Of a DNA stretch of 64,000 nt, positions 48,550-61,280 are shown in pieces. Origin of the DNA: Octopus sinensis (Eukaryota); contig NC_043011.1 of assembly GCF_006345805.1 (NCBI RefSeq), positions 34,980,464-35,044,463 of the forward strand. The letters are read 5' to 3'. The notes under the pieces were generated by a model. It did not search any database. It was not told the DNA's origin and saw only the letters and a list, made by a program, of their open reading frames with translations. The position numbers were made by a program, and so were the translations under genes. The number at the start of each line of letters is the position of its first letter. Position 1 is the stretch's first letter.

Positions 48550-51500
48550 GTCACATTTTAACTCCACTATTTTTCCCATTATTTTTTTTTACTGATCCTT
48601 TCTTTCTGTCAGTTCCTTCTTTCAATCTTTTGATCCCTTCAATTTCATACTATTTATATTCATTTGCTTTCTATTATCCCTTTTATTTTTTCATCTATTT
48701 TTTAAAAAAAATTCCTTTCTCCACCAACCTCTGACCCCCCCACCATTTTGATAGCTTTTATTTAAAAATTTTCGATCCTCTCTTCCTTTGATCCTTTTCC
48801 TTTTCTTCATTCTGTAATTCTTTTGTTTCTCTCTCCCTCTCTGTATTTTTTTATCATCTCTTTTCTCTTTTTTTCCCCTCTTTCTCTCATTTTCTTTTTT
48901 GTATATGAATATATTTAAAAAAAAAAAAAAAAAATATTTCTGATTATTTTTGCAGTGGAATCCTTTCAATGTTTCCACCCTTTGGTATTCAGATTATTCT
49001 GTCAAATTTAATCTTTATTTATTTCACATTGTTTTGAACAAAAATGCATTATCTTGTAGCTTTGAGATTTAGCTGAGATAACTACTTATTTTTAGAATGA
49101 CATTGTGGGGTTGGTGCTAGAGTCCGGATTTGGCTGATTTGAACCTAAAACAGAATGTTTAAGGCTGTTTAAATGTTAAAGTGTTAAACCAAAATATTTT
49201 ATAACATTGGAAACATTTCTGAACCTAGTTCCTCAATCACATTTTCTCCTTAGTCTTTTTAATGTCATTTTATTTATAATTATTAAATTATGTTTTCAGG
49301 ATCCCCTACCTCTCATTTTTTCTAAAATTTATAACTATATGAGACTTTGAAATCCCTTTGTTTTTCTGTTGAATTATGAATGTGCCTTTGTATATTAAAC
49401 ATCATTAAGAAAATACAGTGCATTTGTGGGCCCCGTTTCATGTTGATGGCTAGTGAGTTGAATGCTGAAAAATGATTTGCAAGTAAACACAAATTGCATG
49501 TCTTCAACATTTCGTTGCTGGATTCTTTTGATGTTTGTTGCCATGCTAGCATGGCTTAGTTGGAAGACTATTGAGGCAGGGGTTTTCTGACCAGTTGCAC
49601 TTCCTGTTACCAATCCTTACCTGTTTTCCAGATAAGGATTCCCCCCCCTCCAAAGGAATTTGAAATTGTAGAGTTAGCAGATGATTTGTTGACAGTCAAC
49701 AAATGTGTTCTGTTGTAGCTGAGCTACAAATGGTGTCATCACAGTCCATAGGCTTGTAGTTTTTCAAACATTCACAAACATACCTTTGTGCATACACAGG
49801 TGTGCTTATGGCTCCTTTCAGTTTCTGTGTATGAAATGCTCTCATAAGGCAATGTTTGGCTTTGAGGCTGTAGTGGAAGACAACTAACCAAAGTGCTGCA
49901 TAATGGGGGCTGAACCTAAAGCCATTAGTTTAATAGCCATCTCTGCCTTATGATACAAAACCTATCTCCCCAAGGTGGATTTCAGTCTCTTCCATACTCA
50001 GCAAAGGACAACACTGGACCTGTCCCTCAACAACAACTACAAAAAAAACCCCCCAAAACCCACACACAAACTCTGATTTCACATCAATATAACATGGTCT
50101 GATTTGTAAAGCTATGTGTTGTTTTGCATAATGAAAAGTTTTAGGAATATTCATGGAGAAATAGGAATAAAGAATTGTGTAATGTTCTGAGAAGAGTGTT
50201 TTCCAACATGACAACTTTCAAAAAGCTTACATATGCCTTTCATGCTTTCAAAATCATTCTTTCTAAAAGACTGTTAGTATTACAAATGACTCAGGTCCAA
50301 GAGCAGATGGGATTTTGTGGTTATGTGGCTGATACTGAAGGAAATTTTAACTCCCTGAATGGTGTTGAAGGTTGCTGAGACATAATTTTTTTCAAGAATT
50401 TACCTAGCAATGATATTTCTGTCAGGAACAAATGTCTTAAATGTCAAAACTCTTTGTAAACATTCCACAGTAAACCTAACTACCTCACTCACAGAATCTC
50501 TCAGATTTTGGTAATCTACATAAACTAAATGACAATCATTACAAGCAATAGAAAGAGTTGTTTCTTCATAATATTTTTGTATGGAATATGTTATTGGTAA
50601 TTGCAATAATTGCATGCAAGTTTGACCCTTTCAGCGAAAGATCTTTTTGAATGTGTCCAGCAACTTAGCATTAAAGAGTTAATTCCCTTCCCTTTTTTAG
50701 TTTGTATCTATTCTTATTAAATTTCGTGTTGAACTTAGATTTGTCTCCCCCTTGTGTTTCCATTGATGTACCATGATGTAACCGAGTTAGAAATAAAAAA
50801 ATAAATAAAACATGTATAGGCACACCCCTAATTTAGTGTTAAATCTTTGTACAAAATTTTCCCCTTTTAGCTTTAACTTGCCCTTGTGTGTCACACTCTA
50901 TTTTATTTCTTTAAGTTAAAATCAAGTAGGTGTAATTTACATGTAAATATGGTATATTTTGATATATGCCATCTTTATTGTTTTAAGCTCAAATTATCAA
51001 GAGAACTTCCCTTTCATACTGCAGCTTCATTTCTGCAAATTTAGTATATCTAGGACATTATCCAATATGTTCTTTTTTATGCTGGTAGATTAGAGAGTTT
51101 GCTGCTATATTTAGCAGGCCACATGGACATGTAAGGCTCTTTTCTGTTGGTTCTCTCTTCTGGTGAAATTGCCATAACTTTTGTGTTTGAGTTATAGAAG
51201 CCTAAAATGAACAAACCCACTCACAAGTCTCAGCTTGGCCTGACATTGTAGTAGAAGACACTTGCCAAAGGTGTTACACAGTGGGACTGAACCCTAAAAC
51301 CTGGTGGAGAAGCAAACTTTTTAACCACACAGCCACACCCATATTTATTATTCTGTAAATATTAAATTATTTTGTAAAATAAAAAAAAAAAAAAAAAAAA
51401 TAAAGAAAATGCAATGTGAACGAGCATTTTACCTATTATTCTCGTGGTTGATGAAATATATTCCAATAATACATTTGTGTTGATTTAATCACTGTAATAC

Positions 51501-51599
51501 TTATTTTGCGTCCTTTACCATTCTCCTTTTCATGATTCTTGTGTAATATTCTGGGAGGTTATTCTGCAACCTTGAAGTAGATTTTATTGTTATAAGATT

Positions 51600-54500
51600 T
51601 ATTGTTATGAAGTTGGTGTGCTGGCACAATTGCTGGGCTTCTTAATAGATTCTAACTGCATTCGCATTGTTCACCATAAGAACATTGACTTGAGATCAGA
51701 TGAGTAATAATAAAGTGGAAGGTTACTCATACAGTAACGTCAAATATCAGGATTTTCTGTCCCCAAGAAAAAGATATTTCCTGCGGCTGACAACACAAAA
51801 ACCACCTTTACAACTACAAAATCACTAACAACAGAAGGAGCATCAATTGTGCATAAAACATTGGTGGCAGCAGGTTATCCTGAAACAGAACCTTCCACTG
51901 CAGCCAAAGGAAGCCTATCTCACCTCCAGCAAAATATACACATGTAAAAAAATTTACCTCTTCTTCTGTTCTATATTCTTTGTCATATGAGGAGGTTTAT
52001 GTCTTTGCAATTTAATGCATTCAGAAAGTAAAAAAGAACAAAGAATGCAATTGCTCCCAAGTTGAAAGTTGTAAGATTTGATGTCGCAGCAGAAAGCCTA
52101 TCAGCCAACCACACAGTCCAATCACTCTTAACAGCAAAAATATTAAAAAAAAAAAAAAAAAGGAACAGTGTAAGGGCCACTGCAAAAACACTAAAAGAAA
52201 CACTAGAAGCAGCAGGTAAACATGCAAAAACCCATTCACCATCACATTCACTGCTGCAATTGGAGCATAGTGTATGGCATAGGGGGGAAAATGGGAATGG
52301 GGAGAGCTTTGGAGAGTTTGTCTATAAAGTATCAGAAAACTCAGTGATGGTAAAGGGAATATCGTGAAATAAAGTGAGCTAAAAGTTTTTGTGATTGGAC
52401 CTTTCACACCCAATTTCTAACACTAGATTATTTGTCCTTTAAACTTGAGACCTCTCTTTTCTTTTTGTGACTGACACGGCTGTACTTAGATGTATAAATG
52501 TATGTGACCTTGGGCCAGCTTAAAAGTAGTCAACTGCTCAGCAGCCTCAGGTTATTGGACATAAACATGGTAGATATTAATGAGACCAGGATTTGTGGAA
52601 GGCGTGTATTTAAATCCACCTTTGTCAAATGAGGTATATTAAATGCATTGATCAACTTGGATTCAGTTCAGGGTGGCAGAGTTGATTGAGAAAAATTTGG
52701 ATTTTGGGATATGGATGCACTTCTTGAACTTTTACAGTAAGTTAGTGGAATTGGATGTGAATAGGAGAACCAAGAACTTGTGGGTTTTTTTTTTTTTTTA
52801 AACTTTAAATGGGGAAGGGTGGCTGGATCCCTTTAGATGTCTAGAAGTGTTCTTGAGTATAATCTGCTCTTTAGTCCTTGAGGAAGGAGACTAAAATGGC
52901 ATTTTAAATGCACACTGGGTTTTTGTAGATACAAGTGAAGTATGTATAAAAATTTCAAACAATTCTCTCAGATAGGAACAAATGGAATTTCCAAAATAAA
53001 CAATAGGGGACATAGTCCAATGGCATTAGATCATTCAGATTATATCTAGAATATTTAGGTCAGTGAGTTGATAGTGTAGGATGTCCAAACTTTCAAGCAG
53101 TCAGCTATATCGACTGTAAATTGGAGTCTAAACAAGTCTAGATAGGGCACATGAACAATCTGAACATTTTCTTTGTAAGCAAAGCTTACGGCAACTAGAT
53201 AGGTGGATTAGTTGGGTTTCAATTGATGGGGTCAATTGTTAATAAAAAAACAAGGAGTTCTCTGAAGAGAGCAATTGAACAACATTGATAGCATTTACTA
53301 AATAAACAGGTTTATTCAGTGAATGCTACTGATGTTGCTGAGTTGCCCTCTTCAGAGAACTCCAGTACCACTTGTTGACAATTGACTCCATCAATTGAAA
53401 CAGAAAGAGAATAGGTTTGGAGCCAGTAAGTAAATTAAATAAGTCAGTTTGTGAAAACATCACAACTGTTACGCTAGCATTGAGAACAGCTTTCAGCTAT
53501 ATCTTAAATGTGAAACCTGAAACTTATGTTCTTTAAGTGTCTGCAGTTAGATATGAGGTACTAAAGACCATTTAATTGACCTGGATAGTTGACGTAATAC
53601 ATGATAGTTAAAATTTCAACTTTTAAGGATTGAGGTTTGTGTATGCTAATTAAGTCCCAGGTTTGTGTTGCTTTCTAATATGACATTGCCTAAGTGTTTG
53701 CAGTAGCTGGTGGACTACAGACAGTAGATTTTAGTACCAACCTCGACTGTCTACTGTGGCTCTGAGCAGAGGACACTGAGTACTGTTTAAGGCTAACAAC
53801 TACTGAGATATGTTGGCAGTAAATAGTTGCGGTTTGAATGACCTCTTCGACAAACTTTATAAATACATACCAGACTTGTTTGTCATCCAATGGCAGTAGA
53901 ATGGAAAAATTTTCAATTCTTTGAGCTGGGATGTGGTAGCACTACTGAGGAAGGAAGCAGCTCATAACTTTGCTGAATGCAGGGCTTAAGAGTTTGTCTA
54001 AGGTGTTAAGAAAATGGTCTTTTATTGTTAGTTGTGTGATCAGGAAAGCACAGTCCTTCGCAGTCCTAGCAGACTTGTCTGTTACCACCTCCAGCTTGTA
54101 CAATATGTTTTTCTAGAGAGCGAGTAGCATTTCTGGCTTTGGTGGAGTTCTTATCAGTTTGGATTAATTGAAAGCCTTCAGTTTGCCAACCATATTACTT
54201 GGTAGCTGTCATTAAAGCTGCTGGAATTGTTCTCCATTTCTAGAGGCTAAATTGTTTTAATATAGAAAAGTTTTGAATCATATACAATGCATCAAGCACA
54301 TTCGGCTTCATTATTACTGGACATATTTATTCGGGAGTTACTGCTTTGAATACTGAATGTTTTGAGGGACAACCTGTTCAAACTACATGGTAAAGTCATA
54401 TTGGTACATGCAGAACTCTTATGTAATAGTGTTGGTGACTACAGGAGTTGAGGTGGTTGACACCATTCTAAGGGTATACAAGATGATCACAGGAGCAGCA

Positions 54501-54690
54501 AAAAAGAAAAAAAAAAGAAAGAAACCTTTGAGAAGTTAGTGGATTTGTAGCTTTGGAAAATTCATGCTGCCAACCAGTATTGTTGGATGCTGAGTAACAG
54601 ATTGGTTAAAATTGTTTGGTACAGACCTACAGGTAGATAGGGACTGGGACGAGGATGCTAGTTGGGTAGCCAGTCTCATCTTTAAGTCTT
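51600..54690 (+). mobile_element. Degraded Tx1/L1-clade LINE (ORF1 remnant, endonuclease, RT)
   Basis: RT motifs: GLNDLFDKLYKYIPDLF..QWQ*NGKI..DVVALLRK (53831-), GGVLISLD*LKAF (54141-54179), EVVDTILRVYKMITGA, LFGTDLQVDRDWDE (54612-). Many stops; the 5' boundary is uncertain. Confidence 0.75.
53216..53401. mobile_element. Fully palindromic hairpin MITE inserted in the Tx1-like LINE
   Basis: gtttcaattgatggggtcaattgtt..ggagttctctgaagagagcaa..aataaac-ag-gtttatt..ttgccctcttcagagaactcc..acaattgactccatcaattgaaac. Confidence 0.8.
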
Positions 54691-56498
54691 TCAGGGGTGA
54701 GATAGGTCAAAAGAAAAAGACTCCAGAGGGATCAAAATTTATAACGAAAATTTGTACTCGTGTTTTTTCGTTGACTGACCTTTGGCACAAAATGGATTCA
54801 ACTGAAAAAATATTCCGTTTGTGTTGCAGAAATTGTTGCCAGATCTAAGTGTAGCTTCTGATTGGCTCATAGATGAAGTGGTACGTTTTCAGAGCTGCTG
54901 ACCATGCAGTGAAAAGAATTGTACCAACGCTCACTAAACTGATGCAAATAAGTGGTACTTTATTTGTACCACCCACCTTGAAAGAGTTAAATGGGCAAAG
55001 AGGAAGCTATCTCTGAAAGGTTTCTGGAGGTGTCATGTACTTGCATCACTTTTGTTATTTATTTTTGTCTGACCAGATTGGACCTTCTTTTCCATTTCTT
55101 ATGGTTATTGATATATTCCATTGTTCAGGCGGTCTATTTGCTGCAAACATGGCTGAGTGAATATGCTGTAGCTGATCATATATAGACATATTCTGAAACT
55201 GGTAGCTGCAAAAATTCCTGGAGGGTTAGCTGGTGTGGTTACTCTTCCTCAGACAAATTTCCCCATGTCTTATCTCTTTGATAGAGCTAGAGCCCTCGGT
55301 GATGTGAAGACGAAGATCCCTTTATGTTCTGAATTCAAATCATGGTTTTTCTCTGGTTGATAAAAAAAAAAGTACTAGTTAAGTTCAGGAGTTTTATGTA
55401 ATTATCTCCTCATCCAAAGTTTATGAGCATGTGTCTATTTAAGCTGGCCATAACGGCCCAAAATATTCTACTGGTCAGTCTGGCCAGATTTGGCCACTCA
55501 CACCACCCCTACAATGTCATTCTAAAATAAACACCCAATTCATTAAAATGTTGAAGGTACGAGATAATGCATGAACAATTCAAAATGATGTGAATGAATA
55601 AGCATTATGCTTGACAGAGTAATCTGAATGCTAATGGATTAGTGTTAATCCTAAATAAAGAAAACCTTACTTGGAGAGGTTAGTGGAAATAGCCAATACA
55701 GTATTGCATTAGAAATAACTGGACATTCTTTAGTCTGTGCCAGGTTTGAGGTGAAATCCTAGCAGGGTTTACTGATCCTGGTGAAGCTGGTGTTGTCAAA
55801 ATTATTGATGAAATTCAATTCATTTATGGCTACTAAATATACCACTCTGGATCCAATTCTGCTCAATAAAAACACATACACCAGGTTCTGTCTGTTTTTT
55901 TTTTTCAATTGTGGCAGCCATTGAATCTCCTCTCCAGCAAGACACCTGTTTCTATTCCTCTGTTGTACTTTTACCACCATCTGACAAAAGCTACCTCCCT
56001 GTACACTACTCTCTCCTCATGTGAGAGGTCTTGTTGTGCAAGTTGCTTGATAACCTTGTTAGTGTTGATGCCATGTAAAAGGCACCCAGTACACTCTGTA
56101 AAATGGTTGGCATTAGGAAAGGTATCTGGCCATAGGAACCATGCCAAATCAGATATTAGAGTCTGGCACAGTTCTCGGGCTTGTCAGCTCTTGTCAAACC
56201 ATCCAACCCATGCCAGCATGGGAAACTGGCATTATGTGATGAGGAAAATGAAATAGAGACTTATTCTGCTACGGTCCAACCCATGCCAGCATGGAAAATG
56301 GACGTTAAATAATAATAATGATGATGATGATGATTCTACATAACGAAGTCTGTTTTTAAATAGAATACTATGAGAATTGTATGAAATGTGTGGCTTCTTA
56401 GTGAACTATGTGTTATGGCAGGAAATCTTTTATTTTTGTTTAACTGATGTATATATATTTTGATAGTTTATTAAATTGATGTTGTAAATTCCCTTCAG

Positions 56499-56575
56499 AA
56501 GTTGCTGGACTTTGATTATGGGGAAAGTGATGATGAGGAAGACAAGCATGAAGATAACTCTGATGGCATCCCTGG
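56499..56575 (+). CDS. SCAF4/SCAF8: SCAF exon 7: KLLDFDYGESDDEEDKHEDNSDGIPG
   Basis: Acceptor cccttcag, donor GG|gtaagt; 77 nt, phase 0-2; KLLxxFDY-acidic motif typical of SCAF4/8 linkers. Confidence 0.9.
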
Positions 56576-57465
56576 GTAAGTTCTTTCTTTTCTTTTATTT
56601 TAGTGTAGTGCTTTTCAGAAATGGTAGTTTATTTCTAGCTTTTTTCAGAAATTCTTAATCCTTCATCTTGGAGCTTTGCTACATTTTCTTGTTTTATTTT
56701 ATCATTTTTCACTTCTTCTTTTTTTTTTTTCATTAATCCTTGCCTCTGTTTTATCTTGTGTAGTAGCACTTCTCTCCTTTTATGTTAATCTTTGGCTTTT
56801 GTTGTGTGCGATAATCTTCATCTTTCTGCAGTTTGAAGTTAAACAATTCCTCTAAAACCAAGAACCTAGCTTTTTTGACTTGCAATTATCTGTTGTTGTA
56901 TATTTATTTGTAAAGTTGGTGTTTGATTTCCTTCTTATGTTCTCACTCCTTCCTGCTTTTTACATTATTTTCACTCACCTCATTATTTCACTTCTCACTC
57001 TCCTTTAGTTCTTCAAATCAAAATCTATTTCCACTACTTTTCATTTCACAACGTTACCCCCAAATCCTTGATATTATGAAAGAATTTCTCTTCCCCTTCC
57101 TTTTGGTTCACTCTTTGAAATTTTTGTATCAGTAATACCTCAGTAATTCCCTTTCTCTGCTGTAGAGGTCTCTTTTCACTTTTTGATAGAGGAATGTCAC
57201 AACTCCCTGTGCCCTCTTTCTTACATGCAAAATGAAGACAGTTGCCACTATTAGCAAAGTGGTGAGCTTGCTGAGTCATTAGCACCCTGGGCAAAATACT
57301 TAGTGGCATTTCATCCGTCTTTACGTTCTGAGTTCAAATTCTACTGTAGATGACTTTGCTTTTCATCCTTGTGGCGTTGATAAAATAAGTACCAGTTGTG
57401 CAACGGGGTCGATATAATTGACATATCTCCTCCCACGAAATTGCTGGCCTTGTGCCAAATTTTAA

Positions 57466-57856
57466 CGGATGTAATGTCTCGGCAACTAACAACTGGTGCA
57501 GGTAGTTTGTTCCATGCTTCAGCAACATTGAGTGTGAAAAAATGTTTCTAAAAGTCATGGGAGCTATGTTGATTTCTGACTTTGTGGGCGTGCCCACGTG
57601 TGTTAGACACATGGTGCTCAAGTTGGTTGTTCGCACAATGGTTAATAATTTTGTGAGGGTTTTCTAAGTCAGTTGCCAGGCATTGGAGCTTCAATGCATC
57701 TATGCCCAGGAAAGCAAGGTGCTGAGTATGGTAGATGCCTGATGGAGGGTATTTGCTTGGTTGCACATCTCTGAACAGTTTCCAGGAGGTCAATTTCCTG
57801 AGCAAGATAGGGGTTCCATACTGGTGATGCAAATTCCAAGTGTGGCCACACCAATA
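57466..57856 (-). mobile_element. CR1-clade LINE 3' fragment
   Basis: LVWPHLEFASPVWNPYLAQEIDLLETVQRCATKQIPSIRHLPYS..HKIINH..RNQHSSHDFRNIFSHS..; frameshifted. Confidence 0.85.
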
Positions 57857-58088
57857 GCCATGACAGGCTTCTTTCAGTTTCCATCTACCAAATCCAGTTA
57901 TGTAGCTTTGGTCTGCCCAGAGCTAGATTAGCGGAGCTGTGCAGTGGGACTGGGTCCCCCAAAAAGCATGTGGTTGGAAAGTAAACACCTTAAACACCAA
58001 ATATTTGTTAAGGAAATGTAGCTGCTGACCTTTTTTTTTTTTTTGGATTATTTTGAATAATTGCATTTATTATATATTGCTTTTTCAG

Positions 58089-58257
58089 GAATGTCCAGAA
58101 TATTTTGAATGATCCAACAATTATGCAGCAGATCCACCAAATGTCTCAAACCATCAAGAAGACGGAACAACTAAAGAATGAACTCAACATGCAGGAACAG
58201 ATACGGCAGCAACTTCTGAAGCAGCAGGAGAAAGAGTTTAATCAACAGATAAGTCAA
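58089..58257 (+). CDS. SCAF4/SCAF8: SCAF exon 8: NVQNILNDPTIMQQIHQMSQ..QQEKEFNQQISQ (coiled-coil-like, Q-rich)
   Basis: Acceptor tttttcag, donor CAA|gtgagt; 169 nt, phase 2-0; not called by the ORF track but open and phase-consistent. Confidence 0.88.
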
Positions 58258-58639
58258 GTGAGTCACATTGATTTCTTTTAATTGCTTATGGATGAATGAA
58301 AATAACACCATTGACTGTGGTGTCTTTCTTTTTCCTTTTTTTTTTTGTTAATGTTTGTGTTGTTTAGCCATGAGTAAATTCTACTCCTGTAGACATATGA
58401 TCAGATTTTCCAACTGTGACCTTCATGTGTCTTTTACTCAGACACATCATGTATTTCTTTGTTAGCTTAGAGGGGTTGTAGATTGTTTCTGTAGATCGAG
58501 ACATTTGCAAATTGTTGGAGATTGACTTTTATGCAAGGAAGTAGTCAATAGATAATATAACCAGATCTCTACCTTGTGAATTGTATAAATGTGTTTATCA
58601 TCATCATTTACCAGCCAGGTGAGTTAACTAATGTGAGTT

Positions 58640-58988
58640 AACAAATCCTGCTGCTGGCATATAAAAAGCACCTTTCGAGTGTAGGGCCTCAGAGAGGTAA
58701 TGACAAATGACCAAGACCTTTGGCAATATGCTGTACTTAAGATGATCCATCAAGCCAAGTGAAATCTTAGTTGTGTCAAATACTGGTGTCACACAACTAA
58801 CACCCATGCCGATGGAACATAAAAGTACCCATTACGCTTGGAGTGGTAGGTGTTAAAAAGGGGATCCAGCTGTAAGAAACCATGTCAAATTAGACTGGAG
58901 TCTGGTGCAGCCCCATAGCTTACCTGCCCTGGTCAAGCCGTCCAACCCATGCCAGCATGGACTGCAAACATTAAATGATGATGATGAT
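58640..58988 (+). mobile_element. Chimeric non-autonomous RTE derivative ending ~55 bp before the exon 9 acceptor
   Basis: Module (ctggcatataaaaagcacc) + RTE ORF end (..gacctttggcaatatgctgtactt..gccaagtga) + shortened UTR + (GAT)n. Confidence 0.7.
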
Positions 58989-59044
58989 TATTTATATTTT
59001 GACTTGCTGTAAAGTATAACTTCCTTCTGTCTTCATGTTTTCAG

Positions 59045-59343
59045 GAGCCACCTCCACAAATTCAACATCATATCCCTGTGGCACCGCAGATGCCACCTCA
59101 GCCACCCCCGCCGTCGCAAATAATCCAAAACCAACCCCCTCCAATGCATCCACAAATGCCTTACTATGTTTCTGAACCTCCATATCCAGCACCACCAAAT
59201 CAGAATGATCTCTCAGAGCGTATGGAATTGGACAACCGACATGACCGTCACTATGGCGATGTGCCTAATGCCGAGGTGATAGTTATTGATGATCAGCCTG
59301 ATATCCATAAAACCTCTCGCAACAGGGATCGATCAAGGTCCAG
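59045..59343 (+). CDS. SCAF4/SCAF8: SCAF exon 9 (P-rich, start of RS region): EPPPQIQHHIPVAPQMPPQPPPP..SRNRDRSRSR
   Basis: Acceptor catgttttcag, donor AG|gtttgt; 299 nt, phase 0-2. Confidence 0.9.
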
Positions 59344-60060
59344 GTTTGTATACCAATAGTTTCCTTTCCTTTTTCACATTGCTTTCTATGTCAGTACTTC
59401 TTTCAGAGTACTTTCAATTTGATTGTCACAACAACTTAACTCTTCTGTGTACTTCATATTTGATCCCCTTAATTCTCTCTCTCTCTCTCTCTATCTTTTT
59501 TTTTGTTGGCCTTGTTAATTGGCTCCTAGATCTACCCTGATTCAGCAGATCTAATATTGTTCCACCTGGGACCATGCTACCTTTTATTCAGATATATGTG
59601 TTTTGTTGTATGAGTGTAGGTCGGATGTTTCTTTAATTTGAGACATCTGCACAAATAGTTCCGACTATGACTGGCCTATCTCATTTAGGGGGCTTTTAAT
59701 GACATTGTCTATTGTATTTTAAGACAGACATTATCAATTAAGGGTGAATTGGTTGTTAGTTCTAGTGGGTTGAGTGACTGTGTAGAGATTCTTTGGTCGT
59801 AGTTATTTTACATTCATATTTTTTCTTTTCTATGCTAGCTTGAGTTGGTGGAGTTTGTTTGAGTAATTATGTTTACAGTTTGATGAGCTTTCTATCGGCA
59901 ACCATTCAACTTTGAAGTGGTGGGGGACAAAACTCATCTTTGTTATTGATTAGTTGTTTGTCTTGGTCAAACCCAAAAGACCAGGGTGAATTAATCATAT
60001 ATAAATATTCTTCTGGTTCATTATGGAGAACTGTTGAAGGTTAATTATCCAATATCCTAA

Positions 60061-60775
60061 CACACCCTAGCGGTTAAGGGAACCTGTGGAAGAGGTAGAC
60101 CCAGGAAGACCTGGGATGAAGTGGTGAAGCACAGCCTTCGAATATTAGGCCTCACTGAAGCAATGACCAGTGACCGAGACTTTTGGAAATATGCTGTGCT
60201 TGAGAAGACCTGGCAAGCCAAGTGAGACCATAACCTCGTGGCCTATGCCAGGGGTGTAACCAGCCCACTTATGCGTACTTTTCCTTCATTGGACACTAAA
60301 CTCTGCTTGCAAAGACCTGTTGAGGCAAGTGAAATCAAAATCAAATTTGATGACTGGCATCCGTGCTAGTGGAGTGCTAAGAGCACCATCTGAGCATGAT
60401 TGTTGCCAGAGCAGCTAACTGGCTTCCGTGCCAGTGGCACATTAAAAGCACCATTCGAGCGTGATCGTTACCAGTGAAGAAACATTTGAGTGAGGTCATT
60501 GCCAGTGCCACTGGACTGGCTCCTGTGCAGGTGGCACGTAAAAAACACCATTTGAGCATGGCCTTTGCTAGTACCGCCTGACTGGCCCTCGTGCCGGTGG
60601 CATGTAAAAGCACCCACTACACTCTCAGAGTGGTTCGTTTTAGGAAGAGCATCCAGCTGTAGAAACTCTGCCAGATGAAGGTTGGAGTCTGGTGCAGCCA
60701 TCTGGTTTGCCAGTCCTCAGTCAAATTGTCCAACCCATGCTAGCATGGAAAGCAGACGTTAAACGATGATGATGA
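60061..60775 (+). mobile_element. 5'-truncated RTE-clade LINE: ORF end plus modular 3' UTR plus (GAT)n tail
   Basis: 60061-60225 reads HTLAVKGTCGRGRPRKTWDEVVKHSLRILGLTEAMTSDRDFWKYAVLEKTWQAK* (RTE GRGRPRKTW signature), continuous with the tandem modules and tail. Confidence 0.9.
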
Positions 60776-60784
60776 AGCCAAGTA

Positions 60785-61280
60785 CTGTAAATCCTCGAGT
60801 ATAATCTGCATTTTTTCCCCAAAACTTAAAGGCCAAAATACCTAGTGTGTACTATATACGAGGTTAAAAATGAAAATTATTTTCTAAGCAATGTCCGAGT
60901 CTCTATTTGCTATCCGGCACTGTTTATTCAGACACATTTTGTGATGTCGGGCGTGAAAATACCTTAAGCTAAGCCTGAAAGCAATGAATTCATAAAAGAA
61001 TCGTCCGTAACTTGCAGTAAGCAACATTTATTAAATGTTATTACTGTTATTTCTTTATTTTCTGCAAACAAAATGCACAAAAAAGCTACACGTTTGCATT
61101 ATGTTATATATACAATAATAATAAAGGATGTTACTGTATACATTTTTATATAGACCTCCTTGACTCAAGTTAGAGAAAGGGTGCATATTATACACAAGGT
61201 TTAGGTTTTTTAGAGGTACAGCCTCCTAAAAATCCCCTGCGTATTATACTCAAGGGCGGACTATACTCAAGGATTTACGG
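60785..61280. mobile_element. Tc1/mariner-superfamily (pogo/Tc2-like) MITE with TA TSD
   Basis: TA|CTGTAAATCCTCGAGTATAA..TATACTCAAGGATTTACGG|TA, with subterminal tatactc/acgagg repeats. Confidence 0.85.

Noticed and set aside
50150-50600. Possible hAT transposase relic (NSLNGV resembling HSLNLV)
   Set aside because: One weak motif and no TIRs; cannot be supported without a profile search.
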